From assembly GCA_025594325.1 (NCBI GenBank), contig JANHCV010000001.1:4154001-4218000 (forward strand): a stretch of 64,000 bases of DNA, in the 5' to 3' direction. Shown here one piece after another: positions 1 through 10,210 of the stretch; the stretch's first letter is position 1, and every line of letters starts with the position of its first letter. Position numbers and translations under genes: made by a program. Below the pieces are notes generated by a model. The model worked only from the letters and a program-made list of their open reading frames with translations. It searched no databases and had not been told where the DNA came from. Source of the stretch: Blastocladiella emersonii ATCC 22665 (lineage: Eukaryota > Fungi > Blastocladiomycota).

Positions 1-452
1 CACGTTCTCTCTCCCCTACCCGACCTCGTTCTACGGATACATCGCTCAACTCCCAAGTCCTCGACGCTCCGGTCCTCCTTGCCTTCGCCTAGGCATCCTC
101 CCTTCCCCTCCCGCTTCGTCTCCCTCGTCCCTTTCTGTCTCCCTTGGGTCCGCCCGACCCGCTCGTCCGCTCTCCCGCCTCCCCCACCCTCCCCCCTCCC
201 CTCCTCGCATCCCGGCGCCCCTTCGTCTCGCTCGAACCCGCGCACTCCGGCCAGTATCTTCCTCGACCTGTCCCCCTCGACGATTAATGAATAGCCCGCA
301 GTGCAACCTTCTGCTGAGCAGCCCCACCACCACCCCCATCGTCCCCTCCTTCTCCTTCGCCTCGAATACGGCCCCCATTGTGTTCAGCAAACACCGCCGC
401 CGCTGCACCTCCAATCGTGCCAATTCCAAACCGATCGCCGAGTTCCTCCACC

Positions 453-1933
453 ATGGCTGAACTTCTCCGCGCTCTCCTGCCCGCCGCGCTCTTCGGCCCC
501 GACTCGCGCACCAGCGCCGCCGAGAGCCCGGCGGGTCCCTCGCCCACCGACACGGGCATCCGAGGTGCAGCGGCGGCGGCGGTCGCGGCTGCAGATGATG
601 TTGACGATGTGGAAGAGCCGCGGCTTTCGGCGTCTAATTTTGGCGGTACGTTGCCTCTCTCGCGTTTCCCGCGTTCTGGAACCGCCGTTGCTCACCATGA
701 CGCACGTCCGTAGTGACTGAGCTCATGATCCTCAACACGCTCGACCGTGCCCTCGCTGCCAAGCAGCAGTGGTCGCGCGCCGTGCGTGCCGCGCAGACGT
801 CGGCCAAGAACCTCAACCTGCTCGCCGGCCGCACCGCCGAGCCCGTCGTGCTCGAGTCGGACGGCCCCGCCGACCGCCCCTACACGGGCCACGCCGTCGA
901 CCTCGCCTTCCTGTGCACGGACGTGTTCGTGACCGTGCGCGAGGCCGAGAAGGCCGTCGACGCGCCCATTTCCCACTTTGCCCGCATGCTCGTCAAGTAC
1001 CGCATCCTGTACCCGCTCGAGGACCTGCTCGACGTCGGCCCGCTCGACCCCGTGCCGTGGAAGACTGTCTCGCTGCGCGCCGTCCGCGACGCGCTGCTCA
1101 CCGTGTTCGCCGAGCAGTCCGCGCGCCTGCCGCTTAACGGCTTCGGCCCCGCCGTCGTCCCGGCCGACGCCATTGACACGGCGTCCATGGACAGCATCGA
1201 CGAGCTGCTCGCCGCCTACTCGGCCCCGCCGTCGCACGCCGCGCCCAAGCGGCTCGGGTTCGGCCTCGTCGGCTCGTCCATGCCCACCCCGCAGCAGACG
1301 CGCCCGACCCACCTCGACCGCCGCCCTAACACCCTCGTCAACTACAACAACACGGTTTCGGCCGGCTTCAAGTTCATCTCGCCGCCTACCAGCGCGCACC
1401 CCGCCATCACGGGCGTCGCCGTGCCCTCGGCGCTCACCGCGGCCGTCGCTGCCGGCCTCACGTCGTCGCAGGCGGTTCCCGAGACGGCCGCCATCGACGC
1501 CGACGACGCGACCAGTCTCGGTAGCGGCAGCCTCGGCCACCTCGCCGACTCTGGCTCGACCGACACCGGCGTGGCGCCCGCCGCCCCGACCCGCGTACCC
1601 CGCGCCGTCGCGCACCAGGCGCCGCCGCTGCTGCAGGACCAGGGCCTGGCGCTCAACGTGCCCGCGATCCGCGCCGCCAACCGCGCCGGCCCGACCATCG
1701 ACGAGGCCTCGCCACTCATCTTCGATAAAAACCGGTACATCGGGTTCGGCGCCGGCACCCTCGACTCGCCGCTCACCACGCCGTTCCCGTCGCCCGCACT
1801 GCACGGCAGTTTTGCGGGCGCCATGGGATCGCCCGACGAGCAGCACCACCCGGCGTCGAGCTCGTCGTCGGCGTCGCCGCAGCAGCAGCAGCCGCGGCCA
1901 AGTCCTGGCCCGTCTGGAGTTCAAGCGAGTTGA
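453..1933 (+). CDS. Hypothetical protein (~470 aa), spliced: exon 453-645, intron 646-713, exon 714-1933
   Basis: ATG at 453 (ACCATGG). Intron GTACGT...CTCAC...CGTAG joins in frame to the 406-aa ORF 713-1933, which has strong GC3 codon bias. No family recognised. Confidence 0.6.
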
Positions 1934-2226
1934 TGCTGTGATTGGGTCGTCGAGATTTTGTTCTCGCTATACTTTCGTTCTTGCGCGCACCCCTGTTATC
2001 GTCTTCTCAGGTCGTGATCTCGCGCTCCGTTTGTTGTCTCTGCAGGCCGTGAGCACGAGGCGTGAGGTGCGAGACGCGTCAAACAATCAGGTGATCACGC
2101 GTCGTTCATAGATTGAGACAGTTTTTCCCCCACTCAACCACCCGCCCTTCACACAATAATGATCTCATACATGTAGCACTCGCAGCTTTACACACACCCC
2201 AACCGACTGCTCGCAAGGCGCGGACC

Positions 2227-3682
2227 ATGGCGCCCTCCCTCGACGTAGCGGCGCTGCTAGCGCCGCCGGCCGCCGTGTCGATAGTCGCCGACGCGCAGCT
2301 GCACTCGGTCACCTACGACTACACGGTCAACCGCCGTCTCCTGTACAACCACGACCGCGTCGAGGCGTGCCGCATCATCTGCCGCGCATGGCTGTCGTTT
2401 CGCAACCGGTCCATCTTTAACCATCTCAAGGCCATGCTGCTGCGTTCGGTCCGTCGTCACCCTCACACGACTCAGCGGAAGAAGACTGACCCGTTTCCGA
2501 GAACAGGAAACCTCGCTGACGCAAACGCTGCTGAAGCGGCTGAGCCCAATGGAAGCACAGCTCCTCAAAGACCCCGTAACCCAAGCGCGGATCCGGTTCC
2601 GGTTCGGCGGCGCGCACTTCCCGCCGCACGTCATGTACAAGATCTTCACGCACGGCGCGGGCGTGCACTACATCTCGGGCGTGCACGCCATCGCGCCCGG
2701 CTCCGTCGCCGCGCGCGACGCGTGGCGGCTCATGGGCAACTCGCGGTACCTGACGACGTGCGTGGGCGACGACTGGACGATCCACGCGCGTCACCACGAC
2801 GCACGCCACGGCCGCCGCGGCGTCCCCGTCGGCCACCCGGACCTCGTCACCAACCCGCTCGAGCGCATCCAGTACGTCTCGGGGCTCGACCGCCGCGGAC
2901 CCGCGCTCGGTGGGCGCGCCAACGGGTGGCGCGTCCTTGACGGGTTCCCCGTCACCGGGATCGCCGCCGCGTGGGCGCCCGGGGCTGCGGCGCGCGCCGC
3001 GGCGAACAACCCCGCGAGCCGCCGGTCGTCCCGCGGGTCCGTCGCGCCGGGCACCGCGACCGGGTCCATGGTCGCCACGGGTGACTTTGGCTCGCGGCAA
3101 CCGTCCCGGCCCGCAGGCACGGCCACGGGGCGGCCGGCGTGGGCTGCGTCTGCATCGGGCCGCGATCACACCCCTGGCGCGTCGCACCCGGTCCAGCCGC
3201 ACGCGCGCGGCCCGCTGTTCACGGCAGCGGACCTGTCGCGGACGCCGTCTCCACCAAACGGGGCAGCTGTGAGCGCGGGCCGGCCGCTCATGACGCGGGC
3301 CGAGCGGGAACGCGCGCGGCGGCGGCGGCAGATCGAGCGGCTGCGCAACCTGTACCTCAAGGGCGTGCGCGAGGGCGACGTGGGCGGTGTCGGCGACGAT
3401 GGATCGGTAGACGATGGGCGGTCGTCGTCGCTCAGCCGGACGACGGGCGCGGGCGCCGGCGCGCGGTATTACCTCGACGACGGGCGGTCCGAGGTCACGG
3501 ACGCGACGGGGGCCGTGGCGCGGACTGAAGGGTGGGTGCGCGGGACGCCGTTCCATGAGCACCACGTCGGCGGCGGTAGCGTTGTTGGTGGACATGGGCG
3601 AGGCGAGGTCGAGGATCTCGACGACTTTGGCGAGCTGTTCACCTGGTCCACGGGCCTGAATATGGACGCTTACAACTTCTAG
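2227..3682 (+). CDS. IQ-like motif protein similar to C11orf65/MFI family; intron 2449-2506
   Basis: Spliced translation ACRIICRAWLSFRNRSIFNHLK...LLKRLSPMEAQLL...RIRFRFGGAHFPPHVMYKIFTH and C-terminal ELFTWSTGLNMDAY match the conserved N-terminal block and C-terminal motif of C11orf65-like proteins as I recall them. The phase-0 intron GTCCGT...CTGAC...CAG restores the frame. Confidence 0.7.
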
Positions 3683-3796
3683 CACGCGCGCACGGTGAGG
3701 AGTCGAGTCGAGTAGCATAGGTTTGTTATAGAGGTAGCAGGGGCAGTTTCGAGTCAAAAACGCGGCGGCATCGAGCCGGTCGGCGTGCGAGCGGGT

Positions 3797-4552
3797 TTAC
3801 TTGCTGCCGGCCCGGTTGTACTTTGGCTTGCCGACGTTGAAGGGCAGGTAGCGGTACTTGATCATGTGGCGGATCTGGCGGCGCATGGTGACGCCGAACA
3901 GGATGAAGAAGTAGATGACCAAGATCGGCCAGAACACGGGGATGTCGAACGCCTACGCCAGCGAGCGAGAGCAGTGTGAGCATCGCGCAACCCGAAACCC
4001 GACTCGACAGAGCGTACCGAGAAGAGCGTGCAGAAGAAGGCGGCGAGCACGGCGCGCACGGCCTGCCACCAGAACTTGAACTCGGGGAGGCGGCGGATGA
4101 AGGGGCGGAACTCCTCGCCGGACCGGGTCGGGAGGAACGAGGCGCGGCGGCCGCCGGCGCCATTGGATGCGCCGCTCTCGGTCGCGTCCACGTCGAGGTC
4201 GTCGTCCTCGTCGCCGGCCTCGAGCGCCGGGTCGAGCTTGGGCGACAGGAACAGCAGGAACAGCTGCAGCAGGTAGATGCCGAGCGCGTACGTGATGATG
4301 TACCATCCCTGCAGCAGGAAGATGCGCACCAGGTACAGCACCAGCGCGACGCCGAGGCCGGCCCATCGCACCGCCGTGTACGGCATGGTCGAGTCGAGCA
4401 CCGATTGGAATCGCTACATGCACGACGGGTGGGGGTCAGTGCACCGTGGCGGAGGCAAGAATTCGGCCACGGGCCAAGCGTACCCGGCTCAGCTGCACCA
4501 TCTGGCGCTGCGCCTTGCTGACTGGCGTGTCTGGGAGGTCGAACGAGGACAT
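3797..4552 (-). CDS. RER1: Rer1 ER-retrieval receptor (3 exons)
   Basis: [57 protein letters not shown] and [16 protein letters not shown] are Rer1 signature motifs. Two GTAC...AG introns join them. Confidence 0.92.
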
Positions 4553-4984
4553 GGTGGTGACGGTGACGGCAGCGACGGCAATCTAGAGTAGACGGCGTCA
4601 ACCCCTGCGTTGATCGGCGGCAACAGATTCCATGGGAGTGCATACATGAGCAGATCCGACAATGCAAGGAGTGCAGTCGGTGCTGCAGCGAGTATGCGTC
4701 CGGCTTGCGGGCGGGAGGGAAGGGCGAGTGCGGCGGCGACGCGTGCGGTGGCCTCTTGGAAACGTGGCGGCTTTGCGACGCGTCTCACGGCAAGGCCAAG
4801 CCACCCGTGGCGACCGCTCACCTGACCGAGCGTGACGTTGAATAACTTGCCCGCTGCCTGGCCGGCGCCGTGCCCTCGCGCGTCGCGCCCGCCGATCACT
4901 AGTCCATCGACGGCCGCACCGAGAGATCGCCCAGCGTACCAGACAAAGCAACGTAACCCGACGCATCAACGCCCATCCGCCACC

Positions 4985-5497
4985 ATGAAAGTCACCATGA
5001 GCACGACCCTCCCACAATCGACGCCGTTTGCGCCGCGCAACGTGTCGGGGCGCGTGTGGAAGGAGAAGAAGACCAAGGTGTCGACCATGCGCGCGGCCAG
5101 CGTGCGCAAGTCGTACGAGGAGCGCATGCAGGACCGCCAGATGCTCAAGGTGGCCAAGGAGCACGCCCAGGAGCTCAAGGACGCCAAGCTGCGCGCCAAG
5201 GAGGAGGCGAAGCAGCGCCGCATCGAGCAGGAGGAGCGCCGCCGCATCAACACGCTCAAGGCCGAGGTCGTCCAGTCCGTGTCGAGCCGCAAGGTCAAGC
5301 GCATGTCCAAGAAGCAGCTGCGCGCCTCGGGTATCACCATGCGCGCCACGGGCCTCATCCCCGCCATCGTCGCCGCCGAGGCCAAGAAGACGGCCGAGTA
5401 CCAGGCCGAGCAGCGCGCCGCCGCCAAGGCCGCCCTCGAGGCCAAGGCCGCCGAGGCGACCGCTGCCGCCGCGTCCACTGACTCTGCATCTGCGTGA
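4985..5497 (+). CDS. CGR1: Cgr1/CCDC86-family rRNA-processing coiled-coil protein
   Basis: VSGRVWK, KSYEERM, K/E/R-rich coiled coil, INTLKAEVVQSVSSRKVKRMSKKQLR. Confidence 0.8.
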   Translation: MKVTMSTTLPQSTPFAPRNVSGRVWKEKKTKVSTMRAASVRKSYEERMQDRQMLKVAKEHAQELKDAKLRAKEEAKQRRIEQEERRRINTLKAEVVQSVSSRKVKRMSKKQLRASGITMRATGLIPAIVAAEAKKTAEYQAEQRAAAKAALEAKAAEATAAAASTDSASA

Positions 5498-5574
5498 CGC
5501 GCCGAGCCTTCCCTCTCGTTCTCTGTAATATAGCCACCCCACCATATCATCACTAGATCTAATTTACTCCCCCG

Positions 5575-8420
5575 CTACGCGCCACTCGCGCACATGGAGT
5601 CGAGCCCGCGGCCCGGCGCCTCGCACACGATCCGCAACCGGTCGCCCGTCGTCTCGTCGAGATACTCCATGGCGCCTGTCGCGCGCGACCACTCGACGAA
5701 CCAGTAGTCGCGGTAGTCGGTCCGCCGCGCCGTCGTCCGCGCCTTGTCGTGCATCGCCGCCACACCCGCGTCCACGTCCCGCATGAACTCGAGGTCGATC
5801 CCGCCGTCCACATCGACCGGGTGGTCCAGCGGGACCTCGGTCGCGTACACGCGGACGTGGTACCCGAACGTAACCACGGCGGTCCGCGCGGCCCAGCTCC
5901 CGCCACGCCGCCCGTCGCCGCCGAGCCGGACAAAGAAGCGGCGGAACGCGAGCCGCGTCGGGAGCGCCGTCGCGACCGCGAACATCTGGCGCATCGCCGC
6001 GTCGACGCTGCGGGTCCCCGCAACGAGCGGCGGGTACGCGTCGTAGTGGTGCAGCGACGCGGGCGCCGCGCGGCTCAGCCGCGCGCTCAGGTACGCGCGC
6101 ACGTTGCGCACGCCCCACAGGTCCATTTGGTTGAACACGGGGATCCGCGTCAGCGCGACATGGCCTTGCCCGTCCTCGCGCGTCACCTTGCTGATGCACC
6201 GCGCGAGCCGCCCGTCGCCACCGTACTCGGCTTGGAACTCGGTGAGGCACGCCGGGATGTGTGGGAGCAGGCGCGCCGCGAGCGCGCGCGAGACCACGGC
6301 GCCGCCGCCGCCGAACGCCATGTCGCCGAGCCGCGCCGTCTGCCCGGGCACCTCGGACACGTCGCCGAGGTACATGGAGTCGGCGAGCGGGTCGCCCTCG
6401 ACGCGCGCGAGCGTCGCGAGCAGCGTCGGCGGGAACCACAGCGTGTCGTCGTCGCCCAGAACGAACCACTTGGTCGTGTTGGGCGCGCGCTCGAGCATCG
6501 CCGGCAGCATGCGGAACCACTTGACGTGCGGCGACCGCTTTGCGTCCCGTAGGTCGCCCTCGATCACCGCCGGGTACCGCCCGACGCGCGCGTAGAAGTC
6601 GGATTGCTTGGCCGTGGCGCGCGCCGCGTCCACGGACTCGAGCGGACCCGTCGACGCGTCCGGGTCGTCCTGCGTCGACCAGAACGGCGTCCACTGGATC
6701 GCCGGGTCCGTCGCCCACATGGACGTGAGCAGCGCGATCCGGTGCGTCGCGGCCGGGTACGTCGACACGCCAATGTGGACGAGGTCCCAGGTCAGGTTCG
6801 CGGGCGCCGCCGCGGTGCTGTTGGACACGGGCGCGGGCGGGTCCCACGCGCGAAGCGGCCACTTGCTGAGCGGCGGGACCTGGGCGAGCCAGCTGCCGGG
6901 GCGCGACGGGACCGACTGGAGCAGCAGCGGGCCGCCGTTGGGCTCGCTCGGCGGGTCAATCGACGGGTTCGACGCGAGCGCAATGGTCCACGCCTCCGGC
7001 TGCCGCGCGGCGCTCCCGCCGAGCGGCGGCATGAACACGGCGACGAGCAGCGTCGCGGCGCAGGCGACGAACACGGGCCGCCCAGCGGCAATCGGGTATG
7101 GGCCGCGGGAATCATCGGGATCGGGCGAGTGGAGCGGGCTCGCGAGCGCTTCGACGTGGATCTCGCGCGGCGCGGCGGAGGCGGTCTGGAGGCGGAAGTT
7201 TTCCGGGAGCGCGGATGTGGACGAGGAGCGCGACATGCGGCGCAGCGAGGACACGGCCGACATGCGGCGGCCGCCCTTGGCGAGCGGCGCCGACTGTGCG
7301 CGCAGCAGGGCGGCAGCGTCGACGGCGGCGGTGCTGCGTTGGAAAAGGAACCAGGCGAGTCCGAGCGAGAACGCAAAGTAGTTGATCTTGAAGTACCACG
7401 GTGCGGGATCGGTGTACCCGAGGAGACAGGCGGCGGAAAACGCGGCGAGGTCACGCAGGTGCCGGCGGAACACGGCGTGGCGAGCAGGCTGGAAGCATGG
7501 CTCCGCGATCGCGACGCGAGGCTCCATTTCGGCGTCGTCCTGGAAGCGGAAGAAGTGCGCGAGCGCGGTCGTGGTACACGACAGGGCGAGCAGGACGAGC
7601 GGGAGCGGCTCATCGGCGGCTCGGAGAATGGTTTGGCGGTAGTCGGTGCACAAGAACGCGATACCAGCAATCACAGCGACAATCTAAACAAAGCGAGAAG
7701 GTGAGTCGGTTTGCGGACAGAGGGAACGTCAAGGAAGCGCACCCTTGGGTACGGTCCGAGCGGGTCAGAACCGGCGCTGTTACGAGCCCGAGCGTCCTTG
7801 GCGAGGCGGCTCGACGAAATGGAGAAGAGGTCCGTCTCGCGTGCTCTGGACGCGCGAAGCGATGCCTCGAACGCCCAGGTGGCGGTCGTCTGGACGCCGA
7901 TCCACGCAATCTGCTCGAGCGGCGCAAGGTGCGCGTCGAGGGACTCGCGCGACAGCCACATGGCGAGCAGGAGCGCCGCGAAACAAGCGATGCCGAAGAC
8001 GAGAGTAGGATGAGGTCGCCTGGCGGTGACGGCGGCGAGCGCGGGGAGGGCGACCATGCGCCAGCCGAGCTTGCCGAGCAGGAAGCACGTCAGGGTCGGA
8101 CCGAACCCGACGACGGCATGCGCGCGCGCCTGCGACCACCACGCCAAGGCGCAGAGTGCCGCGGGCGGGAGCGACTTGACGACCCACTCGGACCAGGCTG
8201 CTGGTGGCGCACCCGAGTCGCCATTGCCGTGGGCTGGGAGAAGTCCGAGCGCCCATGTCGTGAACGCGGCCTGGATGGCGACAACGAGCAGCGGGCTGAT
8301 CAGCGGCTCGCTGTCCAGCGTCGGCGCGAGGAGGCTCCGCGTGAGCAGCAGCGACGCGGCGGACGCGACCACGTAGCCCGCGGCCCACGGGCGGAGGCGG
8401 CCGAGACCGGGCAGATTCAT
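5575..8420 (-). CDS. Putative fusion: N-terminal multi-TM nucleotide-sugar-transporter-like domain plus C-terminal GT31/Fringe-like (DUF604-type) glycosyltransferase; intron 7684-7742
   Basis: ORFs 7671-8924 and 5575-7674 are joined in frame by a 59-nt phase-0 intron (GTGCGC...CTCAC...TTTAG). C-terminal motifs: KWFVLGDDDTLWF, YLGDVSE, AFGGGGAVVSRALA, GGDGRLARCI, FNQMDL. The N-terminal ~340 aa contain many hydrophobic helices. Confidence 0.65.
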
Positions 8421-9025
8421 GGCGGCCGCAAGGGGCGTGCGTTGCATAGAGTCCCGCGCGGGAAAATGATGGTCGTGCTGGCCAACGCGGACGGAGCGAA
8501 ATGTCCGCGGCGATCGGCGGCGCCACGGTGAACTGGCCCATCTGACCGGCACGCGCGCATGAACGGCGCGCCACCACAAGGGACCGCCGCCACCGCCACC
8601 GTTGCTGCCGCCGTTGCCGCCCCTTGCTTGCGTGCGAACGCCACCCAACCTTGCGCCAGCCAACCACGGCACTTGATGCAACGAATGAAAAGCTTGCGTG
8701 ACTCGGTGACGGAGGCGGCCCTCGTGCACGCGGCGGCGCTGCCCTGCCCCTTGCCCGATTGGGCGCAACACCGTGCTTTCGAAGAACCCCGAGCCTTCAT
8801 CTCGGAAGCTTTCGGAGTCCATGGGCCCCGATCCCAAACAAAGGGCTCGTTCGCAGACTATAAAGCGGCGGCGGTCCCCCGTCCTCTCCCCGCTCGCCGA
8901 TCGCTGACCCGTTCTACGCTTCACACACTACTACTCCTTGCGCTACTCCGTCCTACGGCATCGCTGCTGCATCGTCAGACCGCTCGAGCTCGCTCTCCCC
9001 ATCCCCTGTTGTTCATATCCCCACC

Positions 9026-9958
9026 ATGTTCGACCACCATCTCTCCGCCTTCTTCACCAAGCACCCCTCTCTCCGCTCGCGGTTTGACGCCTGCGGCAGC
9101 GACGCTGCCCAGCGCAAGGAGGTCTTCTCGTACCTCGTCCAGGCCCTGCACCTCGCCGAGGTCGACGTGACCGCCGGCAACGTCATCTCGCACCGCCACT
9201 CGTGCTGCTTCGTGGACGTGCCCGTCCCGACCACGCCCGCCGAGCTGGCCGCCGAGCTCAACGACCGCTTCAAGCGCCTCGCCTCGTCGCACGGCCTGTG
9301 GGGCCTGACCCGCGACGTCTTCGAGTCGCGCGTCCACGCCGTCCATCTGCAGTCGCTGCTCGCCCTGCTCGCCGAGACCTCGGCCAAGGTCGACGTGCTG
9401 CGCACCGCCATCAAGGCCCCGCGCGTCCGCACCCTGCGCCACACCAGCACCGCCCCCGTCGGCCGCCTCGACCTCTATTACCGCGCCAACGCCCGCCACT
9501 ACCTCGTCGACGTGGCCGTGCTCGGCGCCCACAACGCCGCCACCTGGGAGAATGTCGACGAGCTGCTCGACGCCAGCCTCGACAAGGCCCGCTCGTTCCG
9601 CGTCCCCGAGTCGTGCCTCGTGCGCAAGGACGACGTGTACGAGGACGACAACGACGACGCCGTCGACGACGACGAGTGCGCCATCCCCGAGGAGCTCCCC
9701 GTCGAGTGCTACGGCATCGTGCTCCACTGGGACGAGACCGCCAACTGCCCCCAGATCCGCATCTCGGCGGGAAAGCCGACGTACCAGTTTGTCCTCCCTG
9801 CCGACATCGACATCGACGTCGCCACCGCCGATCTGATCGACATGGTCCACGCCCTGCGTCTCCAGTGCGTGCGCAAGACCGTGACGACGACCACCACCAC
9901 GACCACGACGACCGAGTCGCACGCCGCGGCCCACGCCGAGGTCGAGATCTCGATCTAA
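9026..9958 (+). CDS. Hypothetical 310-aa protein with possible PD-(D/E)XK / RLE-like nuclease motif
   Basis: Intronless ORF with strong codon bias, preceded by TATAAA at ~8859. Contains GRLDLYYRANARHYLVDVAV...LLDASLDKARSF. The CDS is well supported; the function is speculative. Confidence 0.7.
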   Translation: MFDHHLSAFFTKHPSLRSRFDACGSDAAQRKEVFSYLVQALHLAEVDVTAGNVISHRHSCCFVDVPVPTTPAELAAELNDRFKRLASSHGLWGLTRDVFESRVHAVHLQSLLALLAETSAKVDVLRTAIKAPRVRTLRHTSTAPVGRLDLYYRANARHYLVDVAVLGAHNAATWENVDELLDASLDKARSFRVPESCLVRKDDVYEDDNDDAVDDDECAIPEELPVECYGIVLHWDETANCPQIRISAGKPTYQFVLPADIDIDVATADLIDMVHALRLQCVRKTVTTTTTTTTTTESHAAAHAEVEISI

Positions 9959-10210
9959 ACCCACCTCCCCTCCTCATCAACTCGCTGTCGCCGCCTTCGT
10001 TGTTGGTCGTCTCGCTTGAGTGTTCGCCTACGACGGTGGCCTCGGTCAAACCTCCCTCACCCCCACTCCTTCGCCTCAACCTCATCCTCCCGCTTTACCC
10101 TCGCACATGCCCGCTCCCTCACCCCGATTACCACCACCCATTCCCCGCCGCCTAGAAGTCGAGACAACGTAGAACTGAACGAGAATAACCGAAACACTCT
10201 ATACTATTCA

